64,000 bases of DNA from an uncultured Lentisphaerales bacterium (GTDB lineage: Bacteria; Verrucomicrobiota; Lentisphaeria; JABSQK01; CAJWLW01): positions 1,293 to 65,292 of the forward strand of contig CAYWQM010000011.1 in the NCBI GenBank assembly GCA_964460215.1, written 5' to 3'. The notes beneath the pieces were generated by a model. The model did not search any database and had not been told where the DNA came from. It was given only the letters and a program-made list of their open reading frames with translations. Position numbers and translations under genes: made by a program. Shown here piece after piece: positions 1 to 9,410 of the stretch. The stretch's first letter is position 1, and every line of letters starts with the position of its first letter.

Positions 1-246
1 TGGATTCTGATCACTTGCTTCTGTGAACCACGTGAGCATCTTTGTTCTCCCGATTGTCGAAATTACGGTAAGTGTAGGCAGGCGATGGAATCGGCACTAT
101 TATACCCGACAATTTAGCCGAAATCATAGACCTCCGAAAAGAATGGCAGCCGGTTGGGCTCCGACCACCGAGCCTACCCCAATTCTTATATGAGGGAACG
201 GCGCCCAACACGCCACTCAAACACGCCACTCAAACTCCCAATCATC

Positions 247-2616
247 ATGTTCAAACCCCTGACGTTATCCGCATCGATTGTCGTTTTGATGATCGCTTTG
301 ACCGCGCTCCCGCAGCTTCAGGCGGCGCCACTGACAATCGTCGAGAATGGCACGGGCTTGGCCGTGATCGTCGTCGAGGCCAAACAGCCCAAGGCGATGA
401 AGGCGGCGCAGGCACTGCAGACATACATCGAGAAGATGAGCGGCGCCAAGCTTGCCCTTATCGAGGAAGGCGCTGCTGTGGAGGGCGATCCCGTCCGCCT
501 GCTGGTAGGCCAGACCGAGGCGGCACAAAAGGCCGGCGTGAAGATCCCGTCGGGCTACGACACGACGATTCGCCCGGACATCTTCGAGGAGGAGGGGTAC
601 GCGCTCAAGACTGTTGGCCGGGACCTCGTCATCGGCGGCAACAACGACGGCCACTACAAGGGAACTCTCTACGCGGCATACGCCCTGCTCGAACGTTTAG
701 GCTGCCGCTGGTACTTCCCCGACGAATGGGGCGAGGTCGTGCCCGAGAAGAAAACGATCACCGTGCCCGATCTTGACGTCGTGTCCCGCCCTGATTTCGC
801 CGTGCGCAACGTCAATCCGTCGGGCTGGGTGCCGATGACGGGCAAGGAGCGGGAACTTTATACCGAGTGGGGCGAAAAGAACGGCTTCAATTTCCATCGG
901 TTCTATCCGATGGTAGGCGACGGATACGTCGGCTACCTGGCCCCTCCCTTGGAGTACTTCGAGACCAACCCCGAATTCTTCGCGATGAACGAACAGGGCA
1001 AGCGCCACCATGCGGAGCAGCCACGGGTCACGATGCTCTGTCTGTCCAGCCCCGGCCTCTACGCGGAGAGCGTGAAGAGCCTGCGAGCCGCCTTCGCGGG
1101 CGAGAAGAAGATGAACAATGTCGATGAGCTCGGGTTCGGCATCAGCCCGCCCGACGGCCAGCCGTTCTGCTACTGTGAGGAATGCCAGAAGGCGAGTGAG
1201 AACTTCAGGTACCCGCGCTACTTCGAACGCCCTTTCCAGAGCGAGGAGTTTTTCAGGTTCGCGGCCCGGCTGGCGCGGGAGTTCCCCGACAAGATCGTCG
1301 CGACCATGGCCTACTCGATACGGGAAATGGTGCCGCAAGGCGTCGACATTCCCGAGAATATCAAGGTCATGTATACCTCCGCCGCCTGCGACGTGCTGCA
1401 CGCCAACGACTCGAAGCTCTGGCGCCGCCGGGACTCGCTGCGCAACCTCAAGGACTGGTGCGAGCGGTCGCCGCACGTCACGATCTATGACTACAACCCG
1501 GGCTTCGTCATCGGCAACTGGGTGCCCGAACGCGATACTGCCAACTTCGCCATCAACGCACCAATCCTCAGGAAAATCGGTCTCAAGGGCTACGAGGCCG
1601 AGGGGCGCAAGGCGTTTATGACGACCTGGACGAGCTACTATGCCAGGGCAAAATTTCTCTGGGACGCCGACACCGACGTGGAGGTGCTGATGGCGGACTT
1701 CTACATCACCTTCTTCGGCGCCGCGGCCGGCCCGCACGTCCAGGCGTGGTGGGAGGCGTGTGAGGACGTCCTGGTGAACTCGCCGATGCAGGCGCACGAG
1801 GATTTCTTCATCAATCACATCTACACCGTTGACTTCGTCCGCGGCATCCTCAAGCACGTCGAGGCGGCGCGCCAGGCACCGGCGAGCCAGGTGCAGCGCG
1901 AGCGGGTAGAGGCCTTCGCCCTGATCGCCGATCACCTGATGGCCTACGCCGATTTGAACGCCGCAGAGATGCGCCTGGACTACACCGCCGCCGCCGCCGC
2001 CGCCGGTCAAATGGTGGCGCTCGAGAACCAACTTCACGAGATCTACCCGTTCTTCATCGAGAACGGCCCCATGCAGGAGAGATTCTACTTTCCCGCAGGG
2101 CGCCAGAAGATCTTTGCCACGCACGCCGCCAAGATCAACGGGGAAAAGGGCGAGCTGGTCACGCCGCTGCCGCTGGAGATGACATTCCGCCGGGACCTGC
2201 ACAACGAGGGCATCGTCGGTGGCTGGCACAAGCCGGGGTTCGATGACCGCGGCTGGGGCACGAAGAACACCTACTACACCTGGGACCAGCAGGACCCGCC
2301 CGAGGACGAGGCCGGACACGACTACGACGGCATCGGCTGGTACCGGGCCACGCTGGAGGTGGACCAGAAGTTCAAGGGCCGCACGATCAAGTTCTGGTGC
2401 GGCGGCACCATCGACGAGGGATGGGTCTGGATCAACGGCAAGTACGCCCACCACAAGCCCAGCAGCGTCTGGTGGTACCACAACCATGCCTTTGAGCTGG
2501 ACGTGACCGACCTGATCGAGCCGGGCCAGAAGAACACGATCGCCATCCGGGTCCTCAATCCCGCCGACATCGGCGGCTTGTTCCGGCGCGGCTTCTTCTG
2601 GTCGCCGAAGGAATAA
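247..2616 (+). CDS. Secreted DUF4838-family protein with C-terminal GH2-like sugar-binding jelly-roll domain
   Basis: ATG at 247 gives a signal peptide (MFKPLTLSASIVVLMIALTALPQLQA). GH20/GH67-like N-domain (EEGYALKTVGRDLVIGG..GTLYAAYALLERLGCRWY), DUF4838-type core (CLSSPGL, FCYCEEC), C-terminal YDGIGWYR..VWING..FELDVT..NTIAIRV. Confidence 0.75.
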   Translation: MFKPLTLSASIVVLMIALTALPQLQAAPLTIVENGTGLAVIVVEAKQPKAMKAAQALQTYIEKMSGAKLALIEEGAAVEGDPVRLLVGQTEAAQKAGVKIPSGYDTTIRPDIFEEEGYALKTVGRDLVIGGNNDGHYKGTLYAAYALLERLGCRWYFPDEWGEVVPEKKTITVPDLDVVSRPDFAVRNVNPSGWVPMTGKERELYTEWGEKNGFNFHRFYPMVGDGYVGYLAPPLEYFETNPEFFAMNEQGKRHHAEQPRVTMLCLSSPGLYAESVKSLRAAFAGEKKMNNVDELGFGISPPDGQPFCYCEECQKASENFRYPRYFERPFQSEEFFRFAARLAREFPDKIVATMAYSIREMVPQGVDIPENIKVMYTSAACDVLHANDSKLWRRRDSLRNLKDWCERSPHVTIYDYNPGFVIGNWVPERDTANFAINAPILRKIGLKGYEAEGRKAFMTTWTSYYARAKFLWDADTDVEVLMADFYITFFGAAAGPHVQAWWEACEDVLVNSPMQAHEDFFINHIYTVDFVRGILKHVEAARQAPASQVQRERVEAFALIADHLMAYADLNAAEMRLDYTAAAAAAGQMVALENQLHEIYPFFIENGPMQERFYFPAGRQKIFATHAAKINGEKGELVTPLPLEMTFRRDLHNEGIVGGWHKPGFDDRGWGTKNTYYTWDQQDPPEDEAGHDYDGIGWYRATLEVDQKFKGRTIKFWCGGTIDEGWVWINGKYAHHKPSSVWWYHNHAFELDVTDLIEPGQKNTIAIRVLNPADIGGLFRRGFFWSPKE

Positions 2617-2754
2617 AAAGATGCTTTTCCCTGCTCCATCAAAACGTCACCCGGCACAGCGATGGCAGGTTCAGGTAATAATTTGGCAACATCCCAAAAC
2701 TGGGGTACGCCACGTCGAAGCACACGGAATCCAAAACCTCCCTTCCAAACCTTC

Positions 2755-4104
2755 ATGAGCCACATGACCCAACCAGCACGATTCGTCCCGGCGCTGTGCG
2801 CCTTTCTGTTGATCCTCACGTCCAGCCACACGATACCCGTCAAAGTCACGATGGTGCCGGGCGCCAAAGGCGGGTACGCCTGGGGCAAGGCCTACCATAT
2901 CCCGCCCGAGACGACCACCGAAGAGTCCGGCTACTTCGGCCTGTGTGAAGGCAAGAACGGGAAGATTTACGTCGGTACAGCAGCGTACGGACGCAATGCG
3001 TACCTGGTCGAATTCGATCCGGACACGGAGAAAATGCGGATTGTGATCGATGCCCATGAGGTCGCGGGGCTGCCCCTGACACCGACCGGCTACGCCGCCC
3101 AGTCCAAGATCCACACCCGCAATTTCGTCGGCCCCTCCGGCACGATCTATGTCGGCACCAAGCAGGGCTATGCAACAGCGGCTGAACAGGAGTCGGGCAA
3201 CATCCCGACATACCCGGGCGGTTACGTGTTGACCTACGATCCGGAGACCGGGACCGCCCGAAACCTCGGCATGCCCATGCCAGTAGGAGATCCCCGGCTG
3301 CCGGACGGTTCGACAGAAGGCGAAGGCGTGATCGATGTCGTCGCCGACGAGGCGCGTGGGCTGATCTATGTCATCACCTGCGAGCACGAGTACTGGATGG
3401 TTTACGACATGAAGCAGCCGGAACAAGGCTATCGCCTACTCGGCCCGATCCTGCGTAATCAGCCGAATACGCTGATCGACAAAAGAGGTCGGGCCACCGC
3501 GATCACGGCGGACTACAAGGTCGCGCGGTACGATCCGCAGACTCAGGAAGCAACTGTCGACGAGCTGCTGGTCGACGGTACCGCGTTTCTCGAAGTCGTC
3601 GGGGACGATGCCGTACATCCGGACTGGCGGTTGGCGGAGGACGGCAGGACGGCGTACCTGCAACTGTTGAACGACGCACGCCTGTTCGTAATCGACCTGG
3701 ACGGCCCCACCGGCCAGCCGGTGGAGGCCGAGTCGCTGGGGCCGCGGATCATCGGCAACAACCCGGATTCCCGCAGCTCGCTCAGTATCGCTGCGGACGG
3801 TCGGGTATACTCCGTGATCAAGATCGACAACACGACCGGCATCGGCAGCGGCTCTCTGCATCACCTGATCCGGTTTGATCCGCAGCAACGCACGATGAGC
3901 GACCTCGGTCCGGTGGCAGTGAAAAACCCGGACTTCTTCGATTTCACCAGCGGCAAACCTTGGACGCACGGCTTCCACACGCTGCCTGGCGGCACTTTGG
4001 CACCGCTGCATCACATCCTCGCCATGATCGTTGCCAGCGACGGCACGGTCTACTGCACGGTCCTATATCCGTTCACGCTCCTGCGCATCCCGCCGCAGGG
4101 GTAG
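2755..4104 (+). CDS. Secreted beta-propeller protein of unknown function
   Basis: Hydrophobic N-terminal signal (FVPALCAFLLILTSS). Repeated propeller-like blades (GKIYVGT, GTIYVGT, GLIYVIT, GRVYSVI, GTVYCTV; EFDP/TYDP/RYDP/RFDP). Start could be 2764. Confidence 0.65.
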   Translation: MSHMTQPARFVPALCAFLLILTSSHTIPVKVTMVPGAKGGYAWGKAYHIPPETTTEESGYFGLCEGKNGKIYVGTAAYGRNAYLVEFDPDTEKMRIVIDAHEVAGLPLTPTGYAAQSKIHTRNFVGPSGTIYVGTKQGYATAAEQESGNIPTYPGGYVLTYDPETGTARNLGMPMPVGDPRLPDGSTEGEGVIDVVADEARGLIYVITCEHEYWMVYDMKQPEQGYRLLGPILRNQPNTLIDKRGRATAITADYKVARYDPQTQEATVDELLVDGTAFLEVVGDDAVHPDWRLAEDGRTAYLQLLNDARLFVIDLDGPTGQPVEAESLGPRIIGNNPDSRSSLSIAADGRVYSVIKIDNTTGIGSGSLHHLIRFDPQQRTMSDLGPVAVKNPDFFDFTSGKPWTHGFHTLPGGTLAPLHHILAMIVASDGTVYCTVLYPFTLLRIPPQG

Positions 4105-4215
4105 GTCCAGGCAGTCGATACCACACGGGACCTGCATGGTAACGTCGCCCCCTGGGTATACCCCGGTGGCGGCACGTTGACTGCAGTGGCGCGGACCGGA
4201 TGTCAATGCATTCGT

Positions 4216-5421
4216 CTACAGGTCCACAGCCACGGCGCACACCTGCAAAGTGCCATCGATCGTGTCATTGTAAATCAGCCAGCGGCTGTCGGCACTGAAC
4301 CCGGCGTTTACGTAGTTGCCGGCAAAGGCAAGGTAGGGTGTGTGTATCGTGGCCAGCGGCACGAAATCGATGTTGGTGGAGCCGATGTCGAAGGCGGCGG
4401 CATAGACAGACAAATGGTCGTGGGTGCCCTCCCCGGAGACATACCGGCAGTTCGGCGACACGTTAATGTGCGAGTGCCACATGTTCACCGGGTCGGAGCA
4501 GTATACCTCGCGGCCATCGCGATCGGCCAGGCACAACTGGGTGGGGCAGGGAGAATACTCGGCGTACGGGCATTCGCGCACTGTGGGATCGTTCCGCCGG
4601 TCCTGAAACTTGTAGGCGATCAATTCGCCGCCGGGCCACCAGAACTCATGTGCGACGAGTTCCCCGTTCGCCTGCGGCCTGATTTTCCATGGCGGCCGGC
4701 TGCCATCGGTACGCGCCGCCCAGACACGCTGGTCATAAACCGCTGAGCCGTCCCAGCAGAATCTTATCAATGTGGGATCGACCGGAGAACTGTCGACGTG
4801 CATCGGCATCGTGCCGTCCGTCTGCTGCAATGTCGTAGCGACCTGTGTTTCAATGTCGAAGGCATAGAGGACACCGCTTCGCGGTCGTTCGATCAGGTTC
4901 CAAAACCAGTCGGCATCACAGAAATCGGGTGCCGGCATCCTCGGCTGGTCGTCCTCGTGGTGAGACAGAAGAAGAGTACGGCCGTCGCACGTGATGTCGA
5001 CCGGGCTGCCCGGGCAGTCCGGTGGCAGGGTAGTAACAGTCTGCAGATCGCCGTCGGGCAGGTCGATCCGCTGGATTTTATTGCCGTTCACGACCCAGAG
5101 GCGGCCATCGCTTTCACGCAGCTTCAGGGCGAGGTCGAACCGCAGGTCCAGGGCCTCTGTGGCGCCGCTGTCGGGATCGATAAGAACCAGTTGCCAGTCC
5201 TCCGCTTGCATTTTGAACGAAGACAGGAGATTATATGGCTGTGACGCAATCGTGCCACGGGCATTCAGGGATGCGGATGAACTGGTGGCGGCGGTGAAAG
5301 CGATAATCCGGTGGTCGGGCAACCGCCTGGGCAGTCGGAAATAGTCGACTACGCAGCCGCGCTGTAAGTCGGTAAATACATGAACTTCTCGGCCGGTATG
5401 CTCATCAATATGGGTTTTCAT
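4216..5421 (-). CDS. Oligogalacturonate lyase (Ogl)-like beta-propeller protein
   Basis: N-terminal D..TG.EV..FT..DYF, SPVDPTLIRFC..QRVWAARTDGS and HEFWWPGG motifs resemble the Ogl family; no signal peptide. Confidence 0.55.
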   Translation of the reverse strand: MKTHIDEHTGREVHVFTDLQRGCVVDYFRLPRRLPDHRIIAFTAATSSSASLNARGTIASQPYNLLSSFKMQAEDWQLVLIDPDSGATEALDLRFDLALKLRESDGRLWVVNGNKIQRIDLPDGDLQTVTTLPPDCPGSPVDITCDGRTLLLSHHEDDQPRMPAPDFCDADWFWNLIERPRSGVLYAFDIETQVATTLQQTDGTMPMHVDSSPVDPTLIRFCWDGSAVYDQRVWAARTDGSRPPWKIRPQANGELVAHEFWWPGGELIAYKFQDRRNDPTVRECPYAEYSPCPTQLCLADRDGREVYCSDPVNMWHSHINVSPNCRYVSGEGTHDHLSVYAAAFDIGSTNIDFVPLATIHTPYLAFAGNYVNAGFSADSRWLIYNDTIDGTLQVCAVAVDL

Positions 5422-5509
5422 GGGAACCTCGTTCGTTCGGGGCTAATAGAAGGCACAGCGTATCAGTTTCAAGGTTGACAACACCGATCTGGATTTCACC
5501 GAGCAGTTC

Positions 5510-6382
5510 GTGAAGTACGGCGTTGCCGTCGTCAGGAATCTGGTGGACAAGGCGTTTTGTGACGAGGCGCTGGATGAGATCAGACGGGTGCTGGACGAGG
5601 ACCGACCGCTGAACGAGTGGACAGTGGACAAGCCCGGCGTCCATTTTCTCCCCTTCTACGAAGACCTGGGTCGCGCCAACTTTGAGAGCAATGCTGTACT
5701 CGAAAAGCTCTTTGACCAACCGCGGCTGCGCGCCGCCTTTGAGAAGTTGCACGGCGGTCCGGGAAAGTGGGATGGAGTACGCAATTACACTGTCATGGTG
5801 AAACCGTACAATCCCAACGCCAAGGCAGAGATCGGCGACACGTTTCACGAGGACTTCGGAACGCCGCCGCCAGCCATTCTTTACCGCGGTTTCAACGCTT
5901 ATCTGTTGGTGGCGGATACCGAACCGTTCAGCGGGAATTTCATGTGCAAGCCCGGCTCGCATATCATCGCCCAGCGGAAACTGATCGAAACGCCGGAAGC
6001 AGACGGCAACGATCCCGACTTCAGAGATGCGGTCCTTGACGGACTGCCGACGTACGAATTTGTCGGGAAAGCGGGTGACGTGCTTTTCTGGCACCACCTG
6101 CTCTATCACGATGGCAACAGATCACATTCAGAGAATCGCCTGCCGCGCGTCGCCGTCGTCGGCGAGGTCTATCGCGAGAAATGGTTGACCGAGATTGACG
6201 CCGACCGCACCGACCTCTCGCCGTGGGAACGCAGCCTGGCCCAGAACGGGAGCTACAAAACGGTGCGTGACGAGGCCCAGGTAGAGCGACATCAGCGCGC
6301 CAAGCAGATCGCCAAGTTCGAGGCGGAACATGGCGTCACGGTCGACGACAAGTGGAAACACTATTCCGATTGGCCGGGATAA
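5510..6382 (+). CDS. Phytanoyl-CoA dioxygenase (PhyH)-family Fe(II)/2-oxoglutarate dioxygenase
   Basis: FHEDF (HxD), GNFMCKPGSH, AGDVLFWHHLLYHDGNRS (distal His), LPRVA (Arg). True start probably upstream, near 5462 (see findings). Confidence 0.8.
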   Translation: MKYGVAVVRNLVDKAFCDEALDEIRRVLDEDRPLNEWTVDKPGVHFLPFYEDLGRANFESNAVLEKLFDQPRLRAAFEKLHGGPGKWDGVRNYTVMVKPYNPNAKAEIGDTFHEDFGTPPPAILYRGFNAYLLVADTEPFSGNFMCKPGSHIIAQRKLIETPEADGNDPDFRDAVLDGLPTYEFVGKAGDVLFWHHLLYHDGNRSHSENRLPRVAVVGEVYREKWLTEIDADRTDLSPWERSLAQNGSYKTVRDEAQVERHQRAKQIAKFEAEHGVTVDDKWKHYSDWPG

Positions 6383-8469
6383 TTCTTCCCGGTAAACGTC
6401 TCCAGGGCAGCGCGAAACTCGTGCTGCGGCCAAAGCGCCAGGGCGCGCTCCGCTTCGTCCCGGGCCGTTGCCGAGTCACCTCGAAACTCCGCCAGTGCGG
6501 CCAGTGCCATCCGATAGTACGACGCCTGCAGCGGATTCGCCTGATCAGCTCCCTGCCAGCTTCTGTTCAGGCTCGCATCAATGAATTGCATGTCGGCGCG
6601 GGACTCGGTATACAGCGAACTCATCGCCCATAGCCGAAGGGAGTTTTCGTCCTGGCTCCTGAGCTCGGCGAGAATGATGTCGATCTCCTTGCGCAGTTCG
6701 TCTTCCGCCGCACCGGCACGCCGCGCTTGCACTGCTTCGTGAAGGATTTCGAACTGGTAGTTGCAGATGATATGCAGCGTATCAAGTCGGAGATCAAGCT
6801 CGCGGGCCTCACGGAGATGGTTCAAGGCCTCCTGGAAACGTTCGGTTCGGCAGAGGGTCTTGGCCAGTTCCTGATGGGTTCCGGCCAGGCGCAACCTGTC
6901 CGCTGGTGCAGCCATATCATATGCGGTATAAAGTTGCAACAGTTGACGCAGCTCACGCTCGGCCAGTGCGTAGTCCCCGGCCTTGTTGGCAAGCAGGCCG
7001 AGTCGCAGGCGCGTCGGGAATTCAGCGGTCTGCGGTAGGAACGGCGTGAAGGCCAGGCAGGTCACGGCCACCGGCATCGCCCACAACACCGCGGTCCTGC
7101 CGATCGGCTGCCACGGTTTCCGGTGTCGATGCCAGTCGAATATGAGACGTTGGGTTGCGTTAACCAGCCACAGAAACGCATATATACTCACGGGAATCCA
7201 CACCGCGAGCATGCCGAGCCGGAATCTGCCGAAATCGTAATAAATAATCACCGGCAACGCCTGCACCGCTATCAGTCCGATCAGCAGTTGATAGCGCCGC
7301 CACTGGCAACAGCATAAAAAAATCCCGAGTACCCCGAGCCCCGCCAGCCAGCCGAATGTCGGCAAGCCCCAGCGGAGTATCGGCACGAACCGGCCGGTCA
7401 CGTGATAATCGGAGTTGTCCGGAGCCTCATAGTCGTTCAACAGCAGGACCACCTTACGGACAGTCTGCTCGATCGCTCGGATCGGTTTCGCCCGGACCGC
7501 CCGGAGCCCCTCGTCAAACCAGTACCGCGACGACTGCCCGCGGGTCAGTGATCGCCCGGTGCGACGCTCCGCCTCACGCCTGAAATCCGCGTGCTCGACG
7601 CCGCTGGTCGGCAACACAAACGGCGGCGGCGAATAAAATCCGTCTACTGCCGATACCTGCGCAATGTAAAACACCTCCCCGCCGCCGGCGGTGACGACCA
7701 CAAACTCCTTGCCGACGATCCAGTTGTGCACGGTCGAGGGTACGAGACAGAACATGATACCAGCCAGGACTACTGCCGTCTGCACCAGCTTCCGCCGGCG
7801 CCGAACAGGTGTATCCGTCCGCCCCGTCCACACCCACAGGATGACCGGCGCGACCATCAGCAGATGACTCTCCCTGACCAGACATGCCAGACCGATGAAC
7901 AGCCCGCACAGCAACGGCCACAGCACCGGCTTGCCGTCGCGGCTGCGCAGTGCCGCATACAAAACCGCGATCACCGCCAACGGGGAAAGGAAGGTCTTCA
8001 TGATCGTGCATTCGTAAAATATAAACGGGCCGTACAGGGCCGCGGCGAACCCGGCGACAGCGGCGGTTCGGCCATCGAACAGACGGCGGCAGCAGAGGAA
8101 AATCAGCACACAGGCAAGGGCGCCTGTCAGCATCTGGCTAAGCAGAACCAGCGGTACCTGCATACCGATGAGTGTGGAACTAATGCCGAGAAAATAAGCG
8201 TAGAGCGGGCCTTGCTCGAAAACTTCACTGCCGAGCCAACTGCCGGTCGCGATCCGGCTTGCCCAGGTCAGATAGTATCGGCTGTCAACCCCGAAATCCG
8301 TTAGCAGCGGGGACGTGGCGAATTGGGAAAAATAGACCGTGCGCGCCAGGAGCGCCGCCAGGAATACCCACAGTGTCGTCCTGTAGTGCCGCCGCGTATC
8401 GTCAGCCGGTGTTGCCAAGTCCTGCACTTTTGATGGCTCGCCCACATCCTTTCTCGAACGGATTGTCAT
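6361..8469 (-). CDS. GT-C fold membrane glycosyltransferase (ArnT/PMT, GT39/83-like) with C-terminal TPR-like helices
   Basis: VDSRYYLTWA acidic motif after TM1, GPLYAYFLG, LYGPFIFYE, CLVRESHLL, RFRLG; about 11-12 hydrophobic helices; TPR-like tail (LGLLANKAGDYALAERELRQ). Confidence 0.7.
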   Translation of the reverse strand: MTIRSRKDVGEPSKVQDLATPADDTRRHYRTTLWVFLAALLARTVYFSQFATSPLLTDFGVDSRYYLTWASRIATGSWLGSEVFEQGPLYAYFLGISSTLIGMQVPLVLLSQMLTGALACVLIFLCCRRLFDGRTAAVAGFAAALYGPFIFYECTIMKTFLSPLAVIAVLYAALRSRDGKPVLWPLLCGLFIGLACLVRESHLLMVAPVILWVWTGRTDTPVRRRRKLVQTAVVLAGIMFCLVPSTVHNWIVGKEFVVVTAGGGEVFYIAQVSAVDGFYSPPPFVLPTSGVEHADFRREAERRTGRSLTRGQSSRYWFDEGLRAVRAKPIRAIEQTVRKVVLLLNDYEAPDNSDYHVTGRFVPILRWGLPTFGWLAGLGVLGIFLCCCQWRRYQLLIGLIAVQALPVIIYYDFGRFRLGMLAVWIPVSIYAFLWLVNATQRLIFDWHRHRKPWQPIGRTAVLWAMPVAVTCLAFTPFLPQTAEFPTRLRLGLLANKAGDYALAERELRQLLQLYTAYDMAAPADRLRLAGTHQELAKTLCRTERFQEALNHLREARELDLRLDTLHIICNYQFEILHEAVQARRAGAAEDELRKEIDIILAELRSQDENSLRLWAMSSLYTESRADMQFIDASLNRSWQGADQANPLQASYYRMALAALAEFRGDSATARDEAERALALWPQHEFRAALETFTGKNYPGQSE

Positions 8470-8501
8470 GTGGCTGTCGGCAGCACTTCATGTTGCCTGT
8501 A

Positions 8502-9410
8502 TTAGTCCGGCAAGGTATCTTCGGTATACGTCCAGAATTGATGCCAATCAGCATAGTTTCCAAATACATTAAAGGCCGGATCCCAGGACAGCTCATGGTA
8601 CGGGTCACCTACCCAACGCACAGAGCCGTCAAAGAAAAGCATCTGAAAACCTGCTGGAAGATCACCGCCCGATGTATGGGAAGCATGGTTCCCGGGAGGT
8701 TTACTCCGGGGCGTGCCAACGCCGTCAGAAGCACAAATAAACTTCTCGGCGGCACATCTGGAAAACTTTGCCTTGCCCCCCAAAAACCCATACGGCCCCT
8801 GCTCCAGCACACCATAGCCATCGTCGGGCGGGGTATAGTCATGTGGCCCCTTGCGGCCCCGTATATTCAAAGCAAAAGTTGACCAAACCATCCCGCCACT
8901 GGCCGAGTCTCCAACCTCAGATATCATTGTTTCGGGGTCATACTCTCCCGGGAGTTCAGCCTCATTTGAAGGACAAACAAAGACTCGCATGTCCGAGACG
9001 TATTTCGCATGATAGAGCAATCCCAAAGGATGCCACTCACTTAAATGGTTCAGTGGTGCATCCTTGATGAACCACATCATCTCTGTCTCCCAGCGATAGG
9101 ATACCAGGTTATACGGCAAATCGTCATTGGAATCGTCCGCATACATCACCAGGCCCAGGCCAATCTGTTTGAGGTTGCTGAGGCAGATTGCCCGCCGGCC
9201 CATCTCCTTTGCCCTGGACAATGCCGGCAGCAGCATGGACGCCAGGATCGCAATGATGGCAATCACGACCAGCAGCTCGATAAGGGTAAAACGGGCGCCA
9301 CCCCTGGGCCTGCTTGCCTTGAGGTTGCTCACAGGGTCGGAGGAATCGATCAGGATAGATCGTTTACACCTGCATTTTCGTAGTGTTTGATACAACTTTT
9401 CAGGCATCAT
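8502..9410 (-). CDS. Prepilin-type N-terminal cleavage/methylation protein (DUF1559/pseudopilin-like)
   Basis: [46 protein letters not shown]; C-terminal [12 protein letters not shown] (H-X9-DG-like). Exact start uncertain. Confidence 0.85.
   Translation of the reverse strand: MMPEKLYQTLRKCRCKRSILIDSSDPVSNLKASRPRGGARFTLIELLVVIAIIAILASMLLPALSRAKEMGRRAICLSNLKQIGLGLVMYADDSNDDLPYNLVSYRWETEMMWFIKDAPLNHLSEWHPLGLLYHAKYVSDMRVFVCPSNEAELPGEYDPETMISEVGDSASGGMVWSTFALNIRGRKGPHDYTPPDDGYGVLEQGPYGFLGGKAKFSRCAAEKFICASDGVGTPRSKPPGNHASHTSGGDLPAGFQMLFFDGSVRWVGDPYHELSWDPAFNVFGNYADWHQFWTYTEDTLPD

Noticed and set aside
154-246. Long N-terminal extensions in the ORF track (for example 154, 24541, 27521, 30722, 38072, 49673, 53288, 55657, 58802, 60585)
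   Set aside because: Downstream starts give signal peptides, family-typical N-termini, RBSs or stop-start overlaps; the extensions look non-coding.
1987-2004. (GCC)6 trinucleotide run
   Set aside because: In-frame poly-Ala within a helix; slippage would not change frame, so it is not an ON/OFF switch.
697-2487. 596-aa minus-strand ORF and many other long antisense ORFs (for example 5405-6109, 18072-19184, 23080-23763, 61709-62674)
   Set aside because: Shadow ORFs opposite well-supported genes, expected in GC-rich DNA; no recognisable motifs.
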